The notes beneath the pieces were generated by a model, which searched no databases, was not told the DNA's origin, and saw nothing but the letters and a program-made list of their open reading frames with translations. Of a stretch of DNA of 64,000 bases, positions 17,529-28,466 are shown piece after piece (position 1 is the first letter of the stretch; the number at the start of each line of letters is the position of its first letter). The DNA lies in NCBI GenBank assembly GCA_037127795.1, contig JBAXXQ010000001.1, positions 252,274 to 316,273 on the forward strand. Reading direction: 5' to 3'. A program made the translations under genes and the position numbers. This DNA comes from a bacterium. GTDB lineage: Bacteria; Patescibacteriota; Minisyncoccia; Phycocordibacterales; UBA9973.

Positions 17529-18345
17529 AAGATATTCGTTTGCCATTTTCTGGAATAACAGTATCTATAATAAAATTGCCGCCTACGAAGTGTGCTTCTA
17601 CTATTTTTACTCGCTTAGTAATGCCTTCTTTTTTTGTATAAAAATATAATCCTGGCCAGCCAAAGTATGCGCGGTATTTTCTATCGAGTTCTATAGGATC
17701 ATCATCAAGATTGATTTCTCCGTGTTCTTTGGTGATTTTTTTTGTCTTACTTATATGTCGTGTGTCTTGTGGTATTGGGTGAGTATTATGTAAAAAAATA
17801 TCTTGGATAGTCTGAGGGAGTATCGCTACTGCGAGCGTGTTTAATTTTGCACGAAGGCTTCCTGTCGTGTCGTCTGGTGCTATAGCAAGCTCTTGTTGTG
17901 CAATGATATCTCCTGCATCGAGCTCATATACCATTTGTTGTATTGCAATACCAGTGACAGCATCGCCATGCAAAATAGCACTTTCTACAGGGGTTGCGCC
18001 GCGGTATTTGGGGAGGAGGGAATAGTGCACATTTATAGTGCCATACGTAGGAAGTTGTATAAGTGCTTCAGGGAGGATTTTGCCATATGCGACAACAACA
18101 AAAAGATCAAAATGTTCTTTTTGTAATTGCTCTATATATTCTGGTGTAATACGTTCTGGTTGATATACTGGGATATGCTCGTAGTCGCCCCAGTGTTTGG
18201 GAGCAGGAGACTCGATATGCATTCCACGACCTACTGGTCTATCTGGGTTGGTAATAATTGCACTAGGAGTAAGTCCCGCGTTTTTTAAACTATCTAAAAA
18301 GTCTACGGTAAATGCTGGTGTTCCAAAGAATGCTATTTTTTTCAT
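17494..18345 (-). CDS. fmt: methionyl-tRNA formyltransferase
   Basis: FFGTPAF, PDRPVGRG, INVHYSLLPKYRGATP, ELDAGD. Confidence 0.96.
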   Translation of the reverse strand: MKKIAFFGTPAFTVDFLDSLKNAGLTPSAIITNPDRPVGRGMHIESPAPKHWGDYEHIPVYQPERITPEYIEQLQKEHFDLFVVVAYGKILPEALIQLPTYGTINVHYSLLPKYRGATPVESAILHGDAVTGIAIQQMVYELDAGDIIAQQELAIAPDDTTGSLRAKLNTLAVAILPQTIQDIFLHNTHPIPQDTRHISKTKKITKEHGEINLDDDPIELDRKYRAYFGWPGLYFYTKKEGITKRVKIVEAHFVGGNFIIDTVIPENGKRISFTDFQKMQEQE

Positions 18346-18842
18346 TATTTTGTGTGATGAGGTGCTGGTACATCTTCGAGATTACTTGCTTTGTCTATAA
18401 AAAGGACACCAACAAGGTGGTCCATTTCATGTTGAAAAATTTGTGCGAGTAGTCCGCGACCACTCAATACAAATTCATTACCAGCAAAATTTGTTGCACG
18501 AATAGTTGCTGTTTCTGAACGTTTTACTTTGCCGTATTTCCAGCGTACAGAAAGACATCCTTCAGATACTACTACTTTCTTTTTTCCTACACGGATAAAA
18601 GAAGGATTGATACAAACGATATCATTTTCTGCATCAGAAAAAATCTTTTTTGATATGACAAAAATTTGTTTACTTACTCCTATTTGTGGTGCAGCAATAG
18701 CAACACCGTCTTCTTCGTGAGAAAGCGCTTCGCTCATATCATTGAGTATTTTTTGCAGTGCGGGAGTATTGAATTCGTCGGCGCCTACTGGTGCTGCGTC
18801 GTGGCGCAATACAGGAGCTGGTTCTTGCAAGATAGGTTTCAT
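18345..18842 (-). CDS. def: peptide deformylase
   Basis: GVAIAAPQIG, EGCLS, QHEMDHL. Confidence 0.97.
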   Translation of the reverse strand: MKPILQEPAPVLRHDAAPVGADEFNTPALQKILNDMSEALSHEEDGVAIAAPQIGVSKQIFVISKKIFSDAENDIVCINPSFIRVGKKKVVVSEGCLSVRWKYGKVKRSETATIRATNFAGNEFVLSGRGLLAQIFQHEMDHLVGVLFIDKASNLEDVPAPHHTK

Positions 18843-18843
18843 G

Positions 18844-20130
18844 TTATTTCAATTGCTTAATGTATGTATGGAGATCGGTGAGAGCGACAGTGTCTTGTGA
18901 GCGTGTTTCCATATTGCGAACGAGGACGCTACCTTCCATAGCTTCTTTTTGTCCAAAGATTATTGCATACGGTGCTCCCGATTTTTCTGCAATACCAAGT
19001 TGTGCAGAAAGAGAATCTTTTGAAAGAGATTGCAATATTGGTACATGTGCCTTACGAAGAATTTCAATAACATTGAGACTCTTTAATTTTGCATCAAGAC
19101 CGATTTGTATAAAGTATACCTTTGGTTTTTTGAGTATTCGTGGAGTGAGATCTTTGCACCATGGGCGTTCAATAATACGATCTACACCGATACTACCACC
19201 AACTGCAGGAATATCTTTCTTTGAGCCAAGTTGTTTGCCGAGATAGTCATATCTACCACCGCCAGCGATAGTCATAAGACCGCCGTCTTCTGTTGGTTCC
19301 ATGATTTCAAACACCGTGTGTGTGTAATACGAAAGTCCACGTACAAGACAATTGTCTATACGATAGGGGATATTCATTTCTTCTAGGTATTCAAGTACTT
19401 CTTTGAAGTGTTTTTTGCCATATAGAGAAAGAGATGAAAGAGAACTTGGTGCGTTTTTATTTATCTCTTTTGTTTTTGGATCCTTTGAATCAAGGATGCG
19501 GAGTGGATTTGTTTTGAGACGTTCTTTGTCTATAGCAGGAAGTACATCAATGTGTTTTTTGTAATAGTTGGTAAGCTCTTTGATATATAGCGGGCGAGAT
19601 TCTTTGTCTCCAATAGAGTTTATATTTACTACGAGTTCTTTTGCGCCTGCTTCTTCGAGCATAGTATAGATCGCTTTGATAATAAGTGCGTCCATAATAC
19701 TCTTGTCATTACCAAGTATATCTATATCAAATTGAGTGAATTGTCGGTAGCGGCCTTTTTGAGGATTGTCATGGCGAAATACAGGACCAGAGTGGTAGAA
19801 CATCAATGGTTGTGGTTCGTTTTGCATACCGTGCTCGATATATGCACGCATGAGACTTGCAGTGTGTTCTGGGCGAAGCGCGAGATGGTCACCTCCTTTT
19901 GTTTTGAGGGTGTACATTTCTTTGTCGACAATATCTGTCCCTACACCTACCGCACTAGTAAATGTTTCTTCGTATTCAAAAATAGGTGTTTCTATTGGTG
20001 AGAAGCCAAAATAGATAGCAACCTCTTGTGCCTTTTCAAAAAACCCTTGCATCTTGTAGTAGTCTGCGCCCATTATGTCGCGTACTCCTTTTGGACTTGC
20101 TATTTCTTTTTTATTAGTTTGTTTTTCCAT
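18844..20130 (-). CDS. hisS: histidine--tRNA ligase
   Basis: PKGVRD, LRPEHTA, GRYRQFTQ, LVRGLSYYT, GGGRYD. Confidence 0.97.
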   Translation of the reverse strand: MEKQTNKKEIASPKGVRDIMGADYYKMQGFFEKAQEVAIYFGFSPIETPIFEYEETFTSAVGVGTDIVDKEMYTLKTKGGDHLALRPEHTASLMRAYIEHGMQNEPQPLMFYHSGPVFRHDNPQKGRYRQFTQFDIDILGNDKSIMDALIIKAIYTMLEEAGAKELVVNINSIGDKESRPLYIKELTNYYKKHIDVLPAIDKERLKTNPLRILDSKDPKTKEINKNAPSSLSSLSLYGKKHFKEVLEYLEEMNIPYRIDNCLVRGLSYYTHTVFEIMEPTEDGGLMTIAGGGRYDYLGKQLGSKKDIPAVGGSIGVDRIIERPWCKDLTPRILKKPKVYFIQIGLDAKLKSLNVIEILRKAHVPILQSLSKDSLSAQLGIAEKSGAPYAIIFGQKEAMEGSVLVRNMETRSQDTVALTDLHTYIKQLK

Positions 20131-20704
20131 ATGATGATTTTTCTGATCCTGGATAAATAGCGAACTTGGTTACCGGAAGCAATCGTAGTAATGCGACACC
20201 ACGAATATTTTCTTTAGGGACTGTACCCCAACTTCGTGAATCGTAACTTCCTGCGCGATTGTCTCCCATAACAAAATATTGATCTGCTGGTACGGTAACT
20301 TCCATATAGTCCTCTCGAGGGTGAGTGATATATGGTTCATTAAGAACAAGACCTTCAGGATGATCTTTGTTGATAATGGTTACCTTGGTGCTGTAGATTT
20401 TCACTGTTTCTCCTGGGAGACCAATAATACGTTTGATGTAGTATTTGGTAGGTTCTGGTGGAGCTTTGAATGTGACTACATCACCGCGAGTGTATTGATG
20501 ACCGAGATGGTAACTAATCTCATCGATAATAAGATAGTCAGAAGTACCAAATTCTGGATCCATACTTGCGCCATTTACGATAAAAGGACGTACAATAAAC
20601 GCTTGTATAAAAATAGCGAGTCCGACAGCGAGACAAATATATAAAATATCATCAAATGATACCCGAATACGGTCCTTCCATGTCTTTGTTGTTTCAACTT
20701 CCAT
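20114..20704 (-). CDS. lepB: signal peptidase I
   Basis: GASMDP (Ser), YIKRIIGLPGE (Lys), MGDNR..SYDSR. Confidence 0.96.
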   Translation of the reverse strand: MEVETTKTWKDRIRVSFDDILYICLAVGLAIFIQAFIVRPFIVNGASMDPEFGTSDYLIIDEISYHLGHQYTRGDVVTFKAPPEPTKYYIKRIIGLPGETVKIYSTKVTIINKDHPEGLVLNEPYITHPREDYMEVTVPADQYFVMGDNRAGSYDSRSWGTVPKENIRGVALLRLLPVTKFAIYPGSEKSSYGKTN

Positions 20705-20782
20705 TGTAGGGCTAGTATAGCAAAAAAAGCTTTATAATACAAAATACAAGACAAAAACCCTTTTTTGGTGTTTACTATAGCT

Positions 20783-21346
20783 ATGTATATCATTGCAGGG
20801 CTCGGAAATATAGGAAAAAAGTATGAAAACCATCGCCACAATATGGGCTTTATGGTACTCGATGCATATGCCAAAAAACACGATATATCTTTTACCGAAG
20901 AGAAGCTTTTTGTAGGAAGTGTTGCAAAAGTAGCTGATATGACTTTTGTAAAACCTGCAACATTTATGAATGATTCTGGATTATCTGTAAAAAAACTATT
21001 ACGCGATCCAGAAGATAGTGTAGTGGTAGTGTATGACGATATCGATATCAATCTCGGAGAAATAAAATGTTCTTTTGGGAAAAGTGCGGGAGGACACAAT
21101 GGGGTGCAGTCTGTTATTGATCACTTCGGTACCAAAGAATTTTTTCGGATTCGCGTAGGGGTGCGGCCAGTGCATGAAGAACTACAAAAACATATTTTAC
21201 CGCCGCACGGTTTTGAAAATTTTTTACTTTCAAATTTTGCACCACAAGAGCTTGCGCTTGTAGAACAGGGGATTGCAAAAGCGGTGACAGTACTCGAACA
21301 ACTTGGTCAAAAAACATTTGAAGAAATAATGAACGCGCATAATTAA
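20783..21346 (+). CDS. pth: peptidyl-tRNA hydrolase
   Basis: GLGN..KYENHRHNMGF, KPATFMNDSG, AGGHNG. Confidence 0.96.
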   Translation: MYIIAGLGNIGKKYENHRHNMGFMVLDAYAKKHDISFTEEKLFVGSVAKVADMTFVKPATFMNDSGLSVKKLLRDPEDSVVVVYDDIDINLGEIKCSFGKSAGGHNGVQSVIDHFGTKEFFRIRVGVRPVHEELQKHILPPHGFENFLLSNFAPQELALVEQGIAKAVTVLEQLGQKTFEEIMNAHN

Positions 21347-21402
21347 AATTTGACAGAAATAGTAATATATGTAATTATTGCTTAAATTAAATTTTGTCAA
21401 CT

Positions 21403-21894
21403 ATGTCTATTAATTCATGGATCCTACTTATTGTAGGGGTAATTTTATTGTTTTGTTTTTTATACTTTAATAGAGATCTTTTTAAATCAAAAAGACTTGA
21501 AGAAGAAAAAAAGTTAAGAGAGATTATGCACCCTTGGGGGATATTATCTTTTGCTGGGCGTAATATATGTAAGCTTTTTGTTGTGGAAGAAATTCTTAAT
21601 GATCGAGTAGGTATTCGGTATGTTGGAGAATTCCCTCAATATATTACATGCCCATACGCTGATAAAGAGGTAGAAACAATTAGTTTTACTGGCTCATTAC
21701 TTGAAAGAAAAGAGCTTTCTTTTCTTTCGCGAAAAGATCTTCCGATTGAGATACAGGAGATTGGTTGTATTATACAATTTCTTTCTGTTAAGGATAATGT
21801 TTTTGAAGTAAAAAAATATCATCCTGATAATAGATTTCTTAGTGCACTTATATGTATTGATACGTATATAGGTACTATTTCTAAAAAGAATTAG
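21403..21894 (+). CDS. orphan protein with N-terminal membrane anchor
   Basis: AT-rich ORF; TTGACA at 21350; terminator at 21896-21931. Confidence 0.6.
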   Translation: MSINSWILLIVGVILLFCFLYFNRDLFKSKRLEEEKKLREIMHPWGILSFAGRNICKLFVVEEILNDRVGIRYVGEFPQYITCPYADKEVETISFTGSLLERKELSFLSRKDLPIEIQEIGCIIQFLSVKDNVFEVKKYHPDNRFLSALICIDTYIGTISKKN

Positions 21895-21895
21895 C

Positions 21896-21931
21896 AAAAA
21901 GCCGTTTGGAAAATTTCCAAACGGCTTTTTT
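21896..21931. terminator. bidirectional terminator shared with rpsA
   Basis: AAAAAGCCGTTTGGAAA-A-TTTCCAAACGGCTTTTT between convergent genes. Confidence 0.85.
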
Positions 21932-21955
21932 ACTGAATGTTGTACAAATAAAGAA

Positions 21956-23074
21956 TTATTTAGATTCTTTTTCGTCTTTCAATTCTTCAAGTTTTTGTTC
22001 ACCAAAAACGAGAGTCATACGTTGTTCTTTTGGTTCGAAGAGAGTCACAGTAAATGGATATGTTTTTCCAAGTACAAGTGCTTCTTTGAGTTTTTCTTCA
22101 CCACCAAATGTTGAATTGTGGACAAGTCCAGCAACTCCTTCTTTGATAGAAACCAATGCGCCGTGTTTGTTGTAGCGAAGTACTACTCCTTTTACAATGT
22201 CGCCACGCTTGATAGTTTTTTCAAATGAACTCCAAGGGTTTGCTTTCAATGCTTTGATAGAAAGAGAAATTTTTCCGTCTTTGATATCAATGATTTTTGC
22301 TTTAACAGTATCTTTGAGTTTGAAGAGTGCACGAGGATCTTCTACGAGGCCCCAATCAAGCTCACTGATGTGTACAAGTCCTTCGAGACCGTCTTCGATT
22401 TTGAGGAATACTCCGAAGTCTACAATACCTGTTACAGAACATTCAAGTTCATCACCAACAGCATATTTACTTACTACTTCTTCGCGTTCTTCTGGATTTG
22501 TTTCTTTTTCAGAGAAGATAAGTTTTCCTTCTTTTGGATTTGCAGAAATAATCATCACAGGAAGTTTTGTTCCTACGAGTTTCTTCAATTCACGCAAGAT
22601 TTTGTCCTTATCAGAGTCTTCTACGCGAGGGTAGTGCTCAGGCTTGAGTTGTGATGCTGGAAGAAATCCAGATACACCTTGCCATTCCATGATAAGACCA
22701 CCTTTGTTTGCATCTTTGATTGCAATATCAAAAATAGTTTTTGCCTTGATAGCATCTTCTGCTTCTGCCCATACGAGTGCTTGTTTTGCTTCTTTCAAAG
22801 AAAGCTCAACATACCCATCAGTATTTTCTGCTTCAACAACTTTTGCTTTTACCAAGTCACCGATATTGATATTTTTTACCAAATCACGTGCAGCGATAAA
22901 TTCGCGACCGTATATGATACCTGTACCAAATGGTGCGAGATCTACATATACTGATGCTTTTTGTATTGCCAAAACTTTTCCCTCAACAATTTCATCAACT
23001 GCTGGTTTTGTAGGACCTGTTTCCTCGGCAACTACTGCTGTTTTTTCTACTAATTCGTCTTTTTTTGTTTTCAT
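21956..23074 (-). CDS. rpsA: 30S ribosomal protein S1 (four S1 domains)
   Basis: ANKGGL, GFLPASQL, DFGVF..IEDGLEGLVHISEL; start taken at MKTKK (23074). Confidence 0.92.
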   Translation of the reverse strand: MKTKKDELVEKTAVVAEETGPTKPAVDEIVEGKVLAIQKASVYVDLAPFGTGIIYGREFIAARDLVKNINIGDLVKAKVVEAENTDGYVELSLKEAKQALVWAEAEDAIKAKTIFDIAIKDANKGGLIMEWQGVSGFLPASQLKPEHYPRVEDSDKDKILRELKKLVGTKLPVMIISANPKEGKLIFSEKETNPEEREEVVSKYAVGDELECSVTGIVDFGVFLKIEDGLEGLVHISELDWGLVEDPRALFKLKDTVKAKIIDIKDGKISLSIKALKANPWSSFEKTIKRGDIVKGVVLRYNKHGALVSIKEGVAGLVHNSTFGGEEKLKEALVLGKTYPFTVTLFEPKEQRMTLVFGEQKLEELKDEKESK

Positions 23075-23225
23075 AAAAATAAATTGCCACCCGACAAAGG
23101 TGGCGACCCTAATTATTAGGGTAACGACCTTTGTAGATTTCATTTTGATTGGCGGTCTCAAAATGAGGTTATTCTACAATGGTTAATTGTTAATTTTGTT
23201 ACTTCACTACAATAATCTGAAGTAC
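23075..23225 (-). promoter_or_regulatory. structured 5' leader of rpsA (four hairpins)
   Basis: Inverted repeats at 23084-23106, 23106-23122, 23127-23183 and 23200-23224; TGCTATCCT -10 just upstream on the minus strand. Confidence 0.6.
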
Positions 23226-23280
23226 GTGTAGGATAGCATATTGGGACTAAAAAATCAACGTATGATATACTGTGACCATT

Positions 23281-23916
23281 ATGGTAATTACACATTTCGG
23301 AAAAGGCTATTTTAAGCTCACTTTAGGGGATTTGACCATTGCTATCAATCCGCCAGCAAAGGACAGTAAAGGGTTCCCCAAGCCACCTCGTTTTGGTGCT
23401 GATATTGCACTTATAAGTTTGCACCACCCAGACTACGATGATGCAGAGACAGTATCTCTCGGAGACAAACAACCATTTGTGATCGATGGTCCTGGAAGTT
23501 ATGAGATACGAGATATCTTTTTTACTGGCGCATCTAGTACTACTGTATTTAATGGAGAATCAAAAATAAATACCGTGTACAGTTTTGAGCTCGATGGTAT
23601 CAAAGTAGCTTTTATGGGGATTCTCAATAACGACGCAGTCCTCAGTGGAGAAGCAAAAGAAATCGCAAGTATTGCAGATATTATTTTTGTCCCAATCGGT
23701 GGCGGTAATGTCTACGATAGTGCAAAAGCATACAAGACAGCGCTTTCTTTTGAACCAAACGTTATTATTCCGTATGAATTTGATGATGCGTCACTCGCTC
23801 GGTTTTTGAAAGATGGTGGACAAGAAAAAACTGAAGTTATAGAAAAATACACTGTAAAACGAAGAGATTTGGACGGTAAACAGGGGACTATTGTTGTAAT
23901 AGAAAGTAAATCATAA
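23281..23916 (+). CDS. MBL-fold metallo-hydrolase-like protein (Lactamase_B_3 type, degenerate)
   Basis: ADIALISLHHPDY, IDGPGSYEI, DIIFVPIGG, EPNVIIP. Confidence 0.8.
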   Translation: MVITHFGKGYFKLTLGDLTIAINPPAKDSKGFPKPPRFGADIALISLHHPDYDDAETVSLGDKQPFVIDGPGSYEIRDIFFTGASSTTVFNGESKINTVYSFELDGIKVAFMGILNNDAVLSGEAKEIASIADIIFVPIGGGNVYDSAKAYKTALSFEPNVIIPYEFDDASLARFLKDGGQEKTEVIEKYTVKRRDLDGKQGTIVVIESKS

Positions 23917-23928
23917 CAACCTTTTTGT

Positions 23929-24120
23929 ATGGATACCAAGCCATCAACTAAAAAAACATATATACCAATCATCGTATCTATACTATGTGGTATTGTGTTG
24001 TTTAGTATTATGGTAGTACGTCTTTTGAATAGTCTACAAAATCCTCAAGTAAAAAATACAAATGAATTTGAGTCTTTTTATAAAACACTTACCAACAAAA
24101 CGCAATCGTTTTTTCAGTAA
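23929..24120 (+). CDS. small single-TM hypothetical protein
   Basis: 63-aa ORF filling the gap before gyrA. Confidence 0.5.
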   Translation: MDTKPSTKKTYIPIIVSILCGIVLFSIMVVRLLNSLQNPQVKNTNEFESFYKTLTNKTQSFFQ

Positions 24121-24145
24121 AAAAATGATATACTAGGAGTATCAT

Positions 24146-26596
24146 ATGGCAGAAAAAATACCAGTAGAAGAAGAAATCGCACGAGGAAAGACTGTTCCGG
24201 TAAATATTGTACGCGAGATGAAAGATAGTTTTATCGACTATGCGATGAGTGTTATTACTGATCGTGCGCTTCCTGATGTGCGTGATGGATTGAAGCCGGT
24301 ACACCGACGTATTTTGTATTCTATGCATGATAGTGGGCATACTGCATCTGCAAAATTTGTAAAATCTGCTCGTATTGTCGGAGACGTGCTTGGTAAATAC
24401 CATCCACACGGAGACACATCAGTGTATGATGCTATGGTAGGTATGGCACAGCCATTCTCATATAGATATCCGCTCATTCAAGGGCAGGGAAACTTCGGAT
24501 CTGTCGACGGTGATAGTGCTGCTGCGATGCGTTATACCGAGGCTCGTATGTCAAAACTCGCTAGTGAAATGATGCGAGATATCGAAAAAGATACTATCGA
24601 TTTTCGTCCCAACTACGACTCAACTCGCAAAGAGCCGTCTGTGCTTCCAACAGCAGTACCAAGTCTTCTTTTGAATGGTACATTGGGTATTGCGGTGGGT
24701 ATGGCAAGTAATATTCCTCCACACAACCTCGGTGAAGTGGTAGATGCATGTTTGCACCTTATAGAGCATGATGATGCTACAAATGAAGATATCGCAGAAT
24801 TCATCAAAGGGCCGGATTTCCCAACAGGAGGAATTGTATTTAATAAAGCCGATATTTTACACGCTATTGCGACTGGTCGCGGTGGTGTAGTATGTCGCGG
24901 AGAAGCTGAAATAACAGAGACAAAATCAGGGTTATATCAGATTACTGTATCGTCTTTGCCGTACCGTGTGAACCGTGCAACCTTTGTAGAATCTATTGCA
25001 AATCTCGTACAAGAAAAGAAGCTTGAAGGAATCAAATCTCTTGACGATCTTTCTGCAAAAGATACACGCATTGTTGTAGGACTCAAGACTGGAGTAAATC
25101 CACAAAAAGTTTTGAACTTCTTGTACAAACACACCCAACTCGAGCAAACATATCACTACAACATGGTGGCACTTGTTGATGGTGTGCCAGAGACACTTTC
25201 TATCAAGTCTATTTTGAATGCATTTATTGGACATCGTGAAGTAGTGATTCGTCGTCGTACTGCATTTGATTTGCAAAAAGCAAAAGACCGTGAGCATATC
25301 TTGCTTGGTTTGAAAAAAGCACTCGATCATATCGATCGGATCATTAGTCTTATCCGTGCCTCAAAAGACTCTGCTGCTGCAAAAGTTAATTTGATAAAAG
25401 AATTTAAATTCTCTGATTTACAAGCAGATGCTATTTTGGAAATGCGTTTGCAAAAATTGGCAGGTCTCGAAAGAAAAGCGGTGGAGCTTGAATTGAAAGA
25501 AAAACAAGAACTCATCAAAGAGCTCGAAAGTCTTCTCGCAAGTACTAAAAAAATCTTCAAAGTTATTGCTACAGAATTGGCAGAAATAAAAGACAAATAT
25601 GGTGATGAGCGAAAAACAAAAGTTATTGCTGGAGGAACAAATAAAGTAAGTGATGAAGATTTGATCCCAGAAAAAGATTCTATCTTGGTATTTACTGCGG
25701 GTGGGTATGTGAAGCGTACAGATCCAGATGAATATAAAATGCAAAAGCGTGGAGGTGTCGGCGTGGTAGATCTCGAAACAAAAGAAGAAGATTTTATTAC
25801 ACAACTTTTGGTGACAGATACACATAGTGATTTGTTGTTCTTTACCAATCTTGGTAAGGCATACCAAATAAAAATGTATGAACTTCCAGAAGGACGTCGT
25901 GCAACAAAAGGTAAGTCTATTATGAATTATTTGTCTCTTGCATCAGATGAGCAGGTGACTTCTATTCTCGCTGTACCAAAGAAATTGAAAGAAGAAAAAG
26001 CTTCATTGATGCTTATCACCAAACAAGGTGTTGCCAAAAAAGTTTCTTATGAGAGTTTCAAAGATGTTCGTCGCAGTGGTATTATCGCTATTCGTTTGGA
26101 CAAGGGTGACGAGCTCGGCAATGTGCTTCGTGTACAAAAAAATAATAGTGTTATTCTTGCAACAAAGACTGGGCAAAGTATCCGCTTCTTGGAAACAGAT
26201 ATTCGTGAAATGGGACGTACTGCAGGAGGGGTACGTGCTATGAAGCTTGGAAAAAATGATGTAATTATCGGTGCTGATGTAGTACAAGAAGAAAAAGATG
26301 TGTTTATGCTTGTAATGGGTGCAAACGGTCTTGGTAAGAAAACAGCAATGGAAGAATACAAGATTCAAAAGCGTGGAGGCTCTGGTATAAAGACTGCAAA
26401 AGTAACTGCAAAAACAGGAGAACTTATGGTTGCAAAAATTGTAAAGAACGACAGTGAGCTTGTTGCTATGTCAAAGAAAGGACAAGTGATCCGTGTAGAC
26501 CTCAATACTATTCCTTCATCAGGAAGACAAACACAAGGAGTAACAATCATGAAGCTTCGCGCAGGAGACTCTCTTGCAAGTGTAACTTGTGTGTAA
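24146..26596 (+). CDS. gyrA: DNA gyrase subunit A
   Basis: [27 protein letters not shown], GyrA-box QKRGGVG. Confidence 0.98.
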   Translation: MAEKIPVEEEIARGKTVPVNIVREMKDSFIDYAMSVITDRALPDVRDGLKPVHRRILYSMHDSGHTASAKFVKSARIVGDVLGKYHPHGDTSVYDAMVGMAQPFSYRYPLIQGQGNFGSVDGDSAAAMRYTEARMSKLASEMMRDIEKDTIDFRPNYDSTRKEPSVLPTAVPSLLLNGTLGIAVGMASNIPPHNLGEVVDACLHLIEHDDATNEDIAEFIKGPDFPTGGIVFNKADILHAIATGRGGVVCRGEAEITETKSGLYQITVSSLPYRVNRATFVESIANLVQEKKLEGIKSLDDLSAKDTRIVVGLKTGVNPQKVLNFLYKHTQLEQTYHYNMVALVDGVPETLSIKSILNAFIGHREVVIRRRTAFDLQKAKDREHILLGLKKALDHIDRIISLIRASKDSAAAKVNLIKEFKFSDLQADAILEMRLQKLAGLERKAVELELKEKQELIKELESLLASTKKIFKVIATELAEIKDKYGDERKTKVIAGGTNKVSDEDLIPEKDSILVFTAGGYVKRTDPDEYKMQKRGGVGVVDLETKEEDFITQLLVTDTHSDLLFFTNLGKAYQIKMYELPEGRRATKGKSIMNYLSLASDEQVTSILAVPKKLKEEKASLMLITKQGVAKKVSYESFKDVRRSGIIAIRLDKGDELGNVLRVQKNNSVILATKTGQSIRFLETDIREMGRTAGGVRAMKLGKNDVIIGADVVQEEKDVFMLVMGANGLGKKTAMEEYKIQKRGGSGIKTAKVTAKTGELMVAKIVKNDSELVAMSKKGQVIRVDLNTIPSSGRQTQGVTIMKLRAGDSLASVTCV

Positions 26597-26638
26597 ATTG
26601 TATACACGCATATAATAAACGTGATACACTAGATTCAT

Positions 26639-27163
26639 ATGTTTATGGATCCTAAGATTACACTTTCTGGAATGAATTTTCAGGTGACAGATACTGTTGC
26701 AGATTTTGGTGCTGGAAGTGGATTTCTTGCATTTACTCTCGCACAAATGATACCGAGTGGTCATGTGTTTGCTATTGAAATAAATAAAGACATGGTGACG
26801 CGTATTGCAAAAGAAGCAGAGGATAAAAATATTACCAACATACATCCACTCTGGGGAGATATAGAAATTTTGGGAGGAAGTGGACTCGCTGATGCGGCAG
26901 TAGATACTGTCGTACTATCCAATGTATTGTTTCAGCTCGAAGATAAAAAAGGAGTATTTGCAGAAGTAAAACGAGTACTCAAACCAGGTGGGCGAGTACT
27001 TCTTATAGATTGGTCTGATTCTTTTTCTGGGCTTGGTCCAGCACCGCATCATGTGTTTACCAAAGATCAGGCTATGGCACTTTTAGGTGAGTTTGGGTTT
27101 ATTATAAAAAATGACAATCTTCCGGTCGGAGATCATCATTATGCTATACTAAGTAGTATATAA
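26639..27163 (+). CDS. class I SAM-dependent methyltransferase
   Basis: VADFGAGSG motif I; RVLKPGG. Confidence 0.9.
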   Translation: MFMDPKITLSGMNFQVTDTVADFGAGSGFLAFTLAQMIPSGHVFAIEINKDMVTRIAKEAEDKNITNIHPLWGDIEILGGSGLADAAVDTVVLSNVLFQLEDKKGVFAEVKRVLKPGGRVLLIDWSDSFSGLGPAPHHVFTKDQAMALLGEFGFIIKNDNLPVGDHHYAILSSI

Positions 27164-27164
27164 T

Positions 27165-28466
27165 ATGACAAGTTTTAAAAACATTTTACTTGGACTCTTT
27201 ATTGTACTTTTTGTCGGCGCTATTTTGGTATTTTCTGGGGTGATAAATATTGGTGGGACGACACAACAAAAAGTGCAAACAAATTTATCCCTTTGGGGAC
27301 CGTTTCCTTCAATTGCTATGCAGGGTATTATTACTGATTTTAATAATATTGATACGTATACACAAATTAGTTATACCCAAGTCTTACCAAATGATTTGCA
27401 TAGGCAGCTCGTCGAAGCTATCGCTTCAGGGAAAGGACCTGATATGGTCATTTTTTCAAACGAAAATTTCTTACAAGATATTGATAAGTTATATGTAACA
27501 CCTTTTGCTACATATCCTGAGAGAACATTTCGTGATACGTATATAGATGGAGCTAGTACGTTTTTAAATAATGATGGTGTTGTTTTGTATCCGCTCGTTG
27601 TTGATCCTTTGGTTGTGTATTACAACAAAGATCTTCTTGCTGCTGCAAAATATATCTATCCTCCTCGTACATGGTCTGGGCTCAATCAAAGCGTGCCACT
27701 ATTTTTGAAAAAAGATAAAACAGGTATTACGCAAAGTGCTATTGCATTGGGTGAATCTCCTAATATGGAGCATTTCAAGAAAATATTTTCTACTCTGTTA
27801 TTACAATCAGGGGTTCCTGTTGTTTCTTATAATACTGATGCAAAGAGGTATTTAGTAAAACTTAATACTGAGCGATCTGACCCAAATAAAGCGACACCAC
27901 AAGAACAAGCATTTTTGTACTATCAATCATTTGCTGATCCGACAAGTCAGCTCTACAGTTGGAATAAAAAACTTCCAGAAGCACAAGACGCGTTTCTTTC
28001 TGGAAAGAGTGCCTTTTATCTTGCTCCCGCTAGTGAATTGTTTGAAATTCAAACAAAAAATCCAAATCTTAATTTTGATACGACGGCAATGTTTCAACCA
28101 GACAATGCGGTAAGACCTATTACATACGGTACTATTTATGGTGTAGGTATTCTCAAAAATAGTTCAAATCTTGCTGTTGCGTACAATGTACTCGGTTCTC
28201 TTTTGGGAAAAGATATTGTCGATACTATATCAAAACAGGTATCACTTCCTCCGGCACGTCGTGACCTTTTACAGGTACAACCAGCAAATCCATATGCTGC
28301 AGTATTTTTTAATCAAGCACTACAAACATTTACATGGCCTGATCCTGATAAAAATGGTACTGATACTGCCTTTCGTGATATGATAAGACAAGCAGCTTCA
28401 GGGGAAAGAGATATTAATCAAGCATTATATGAAACACAAAATCAAATTCAATCTTATATTCAGTAG
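27165..28466 (+). CDS. membrane-anchored extracellular solute-binding protein (sugar-binding family 1-like)
   Basis: N-terminal TM; AIASGKGPD, VVYYNKDL, PPRTW, AFLSGKSAF. Confidence 0.85.
   Translation: MTSFKNILLGLFIVLFVGAILVFSGVINIGGTTQQKVQTNLSLWGPFPSIAMQGIITDFNNIDTYTQISYTQVLPNDLHRQLVEAIASGKGPDMVIFSNENFLQDIDKLYVTPFATYPERTFRDTYIDGASTFLNNDGVVLYPLVVDPLVVYYNKDLLAAAKYIYPPRTWSGLNQSVPLFLKKDKTGITQSAIALGESPNMEHFKKIFSTLLLQSGVPVVSYNTDAKRYLVKLNTERSDPNKATPQEQAFLYYQSFADPTSQLYSWNKKLPEAQDAFLSGKSAFYLAPASELFEIQTKNPNLNFDTTAMFQPDNAVRPITYGTIYGVGILKNSSNLAVAYNVLGSLLGKDIVDTISKQVSLPPARRDLLQVQPANPYAAVFFNQALQTFTWPDPDKNGTDTAFRDMIRQAASGERDINQALYETQNQIQSYIQ

Noticed and set aside
22197-23186. Long antisense ORFs opposite rpsA (likewise opposite gyrA, infB, clpB and uvrA/B)
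   Set aside because: Shadow frames produced by codon bias of the real genes; no motifs or promoters
24400-24435. GyrA QRDR Thr at the Ser83-equivalent position as a resistance allele
   Set aside because: Thr is the wild-type residue in many quinolone-susceptible bacteria
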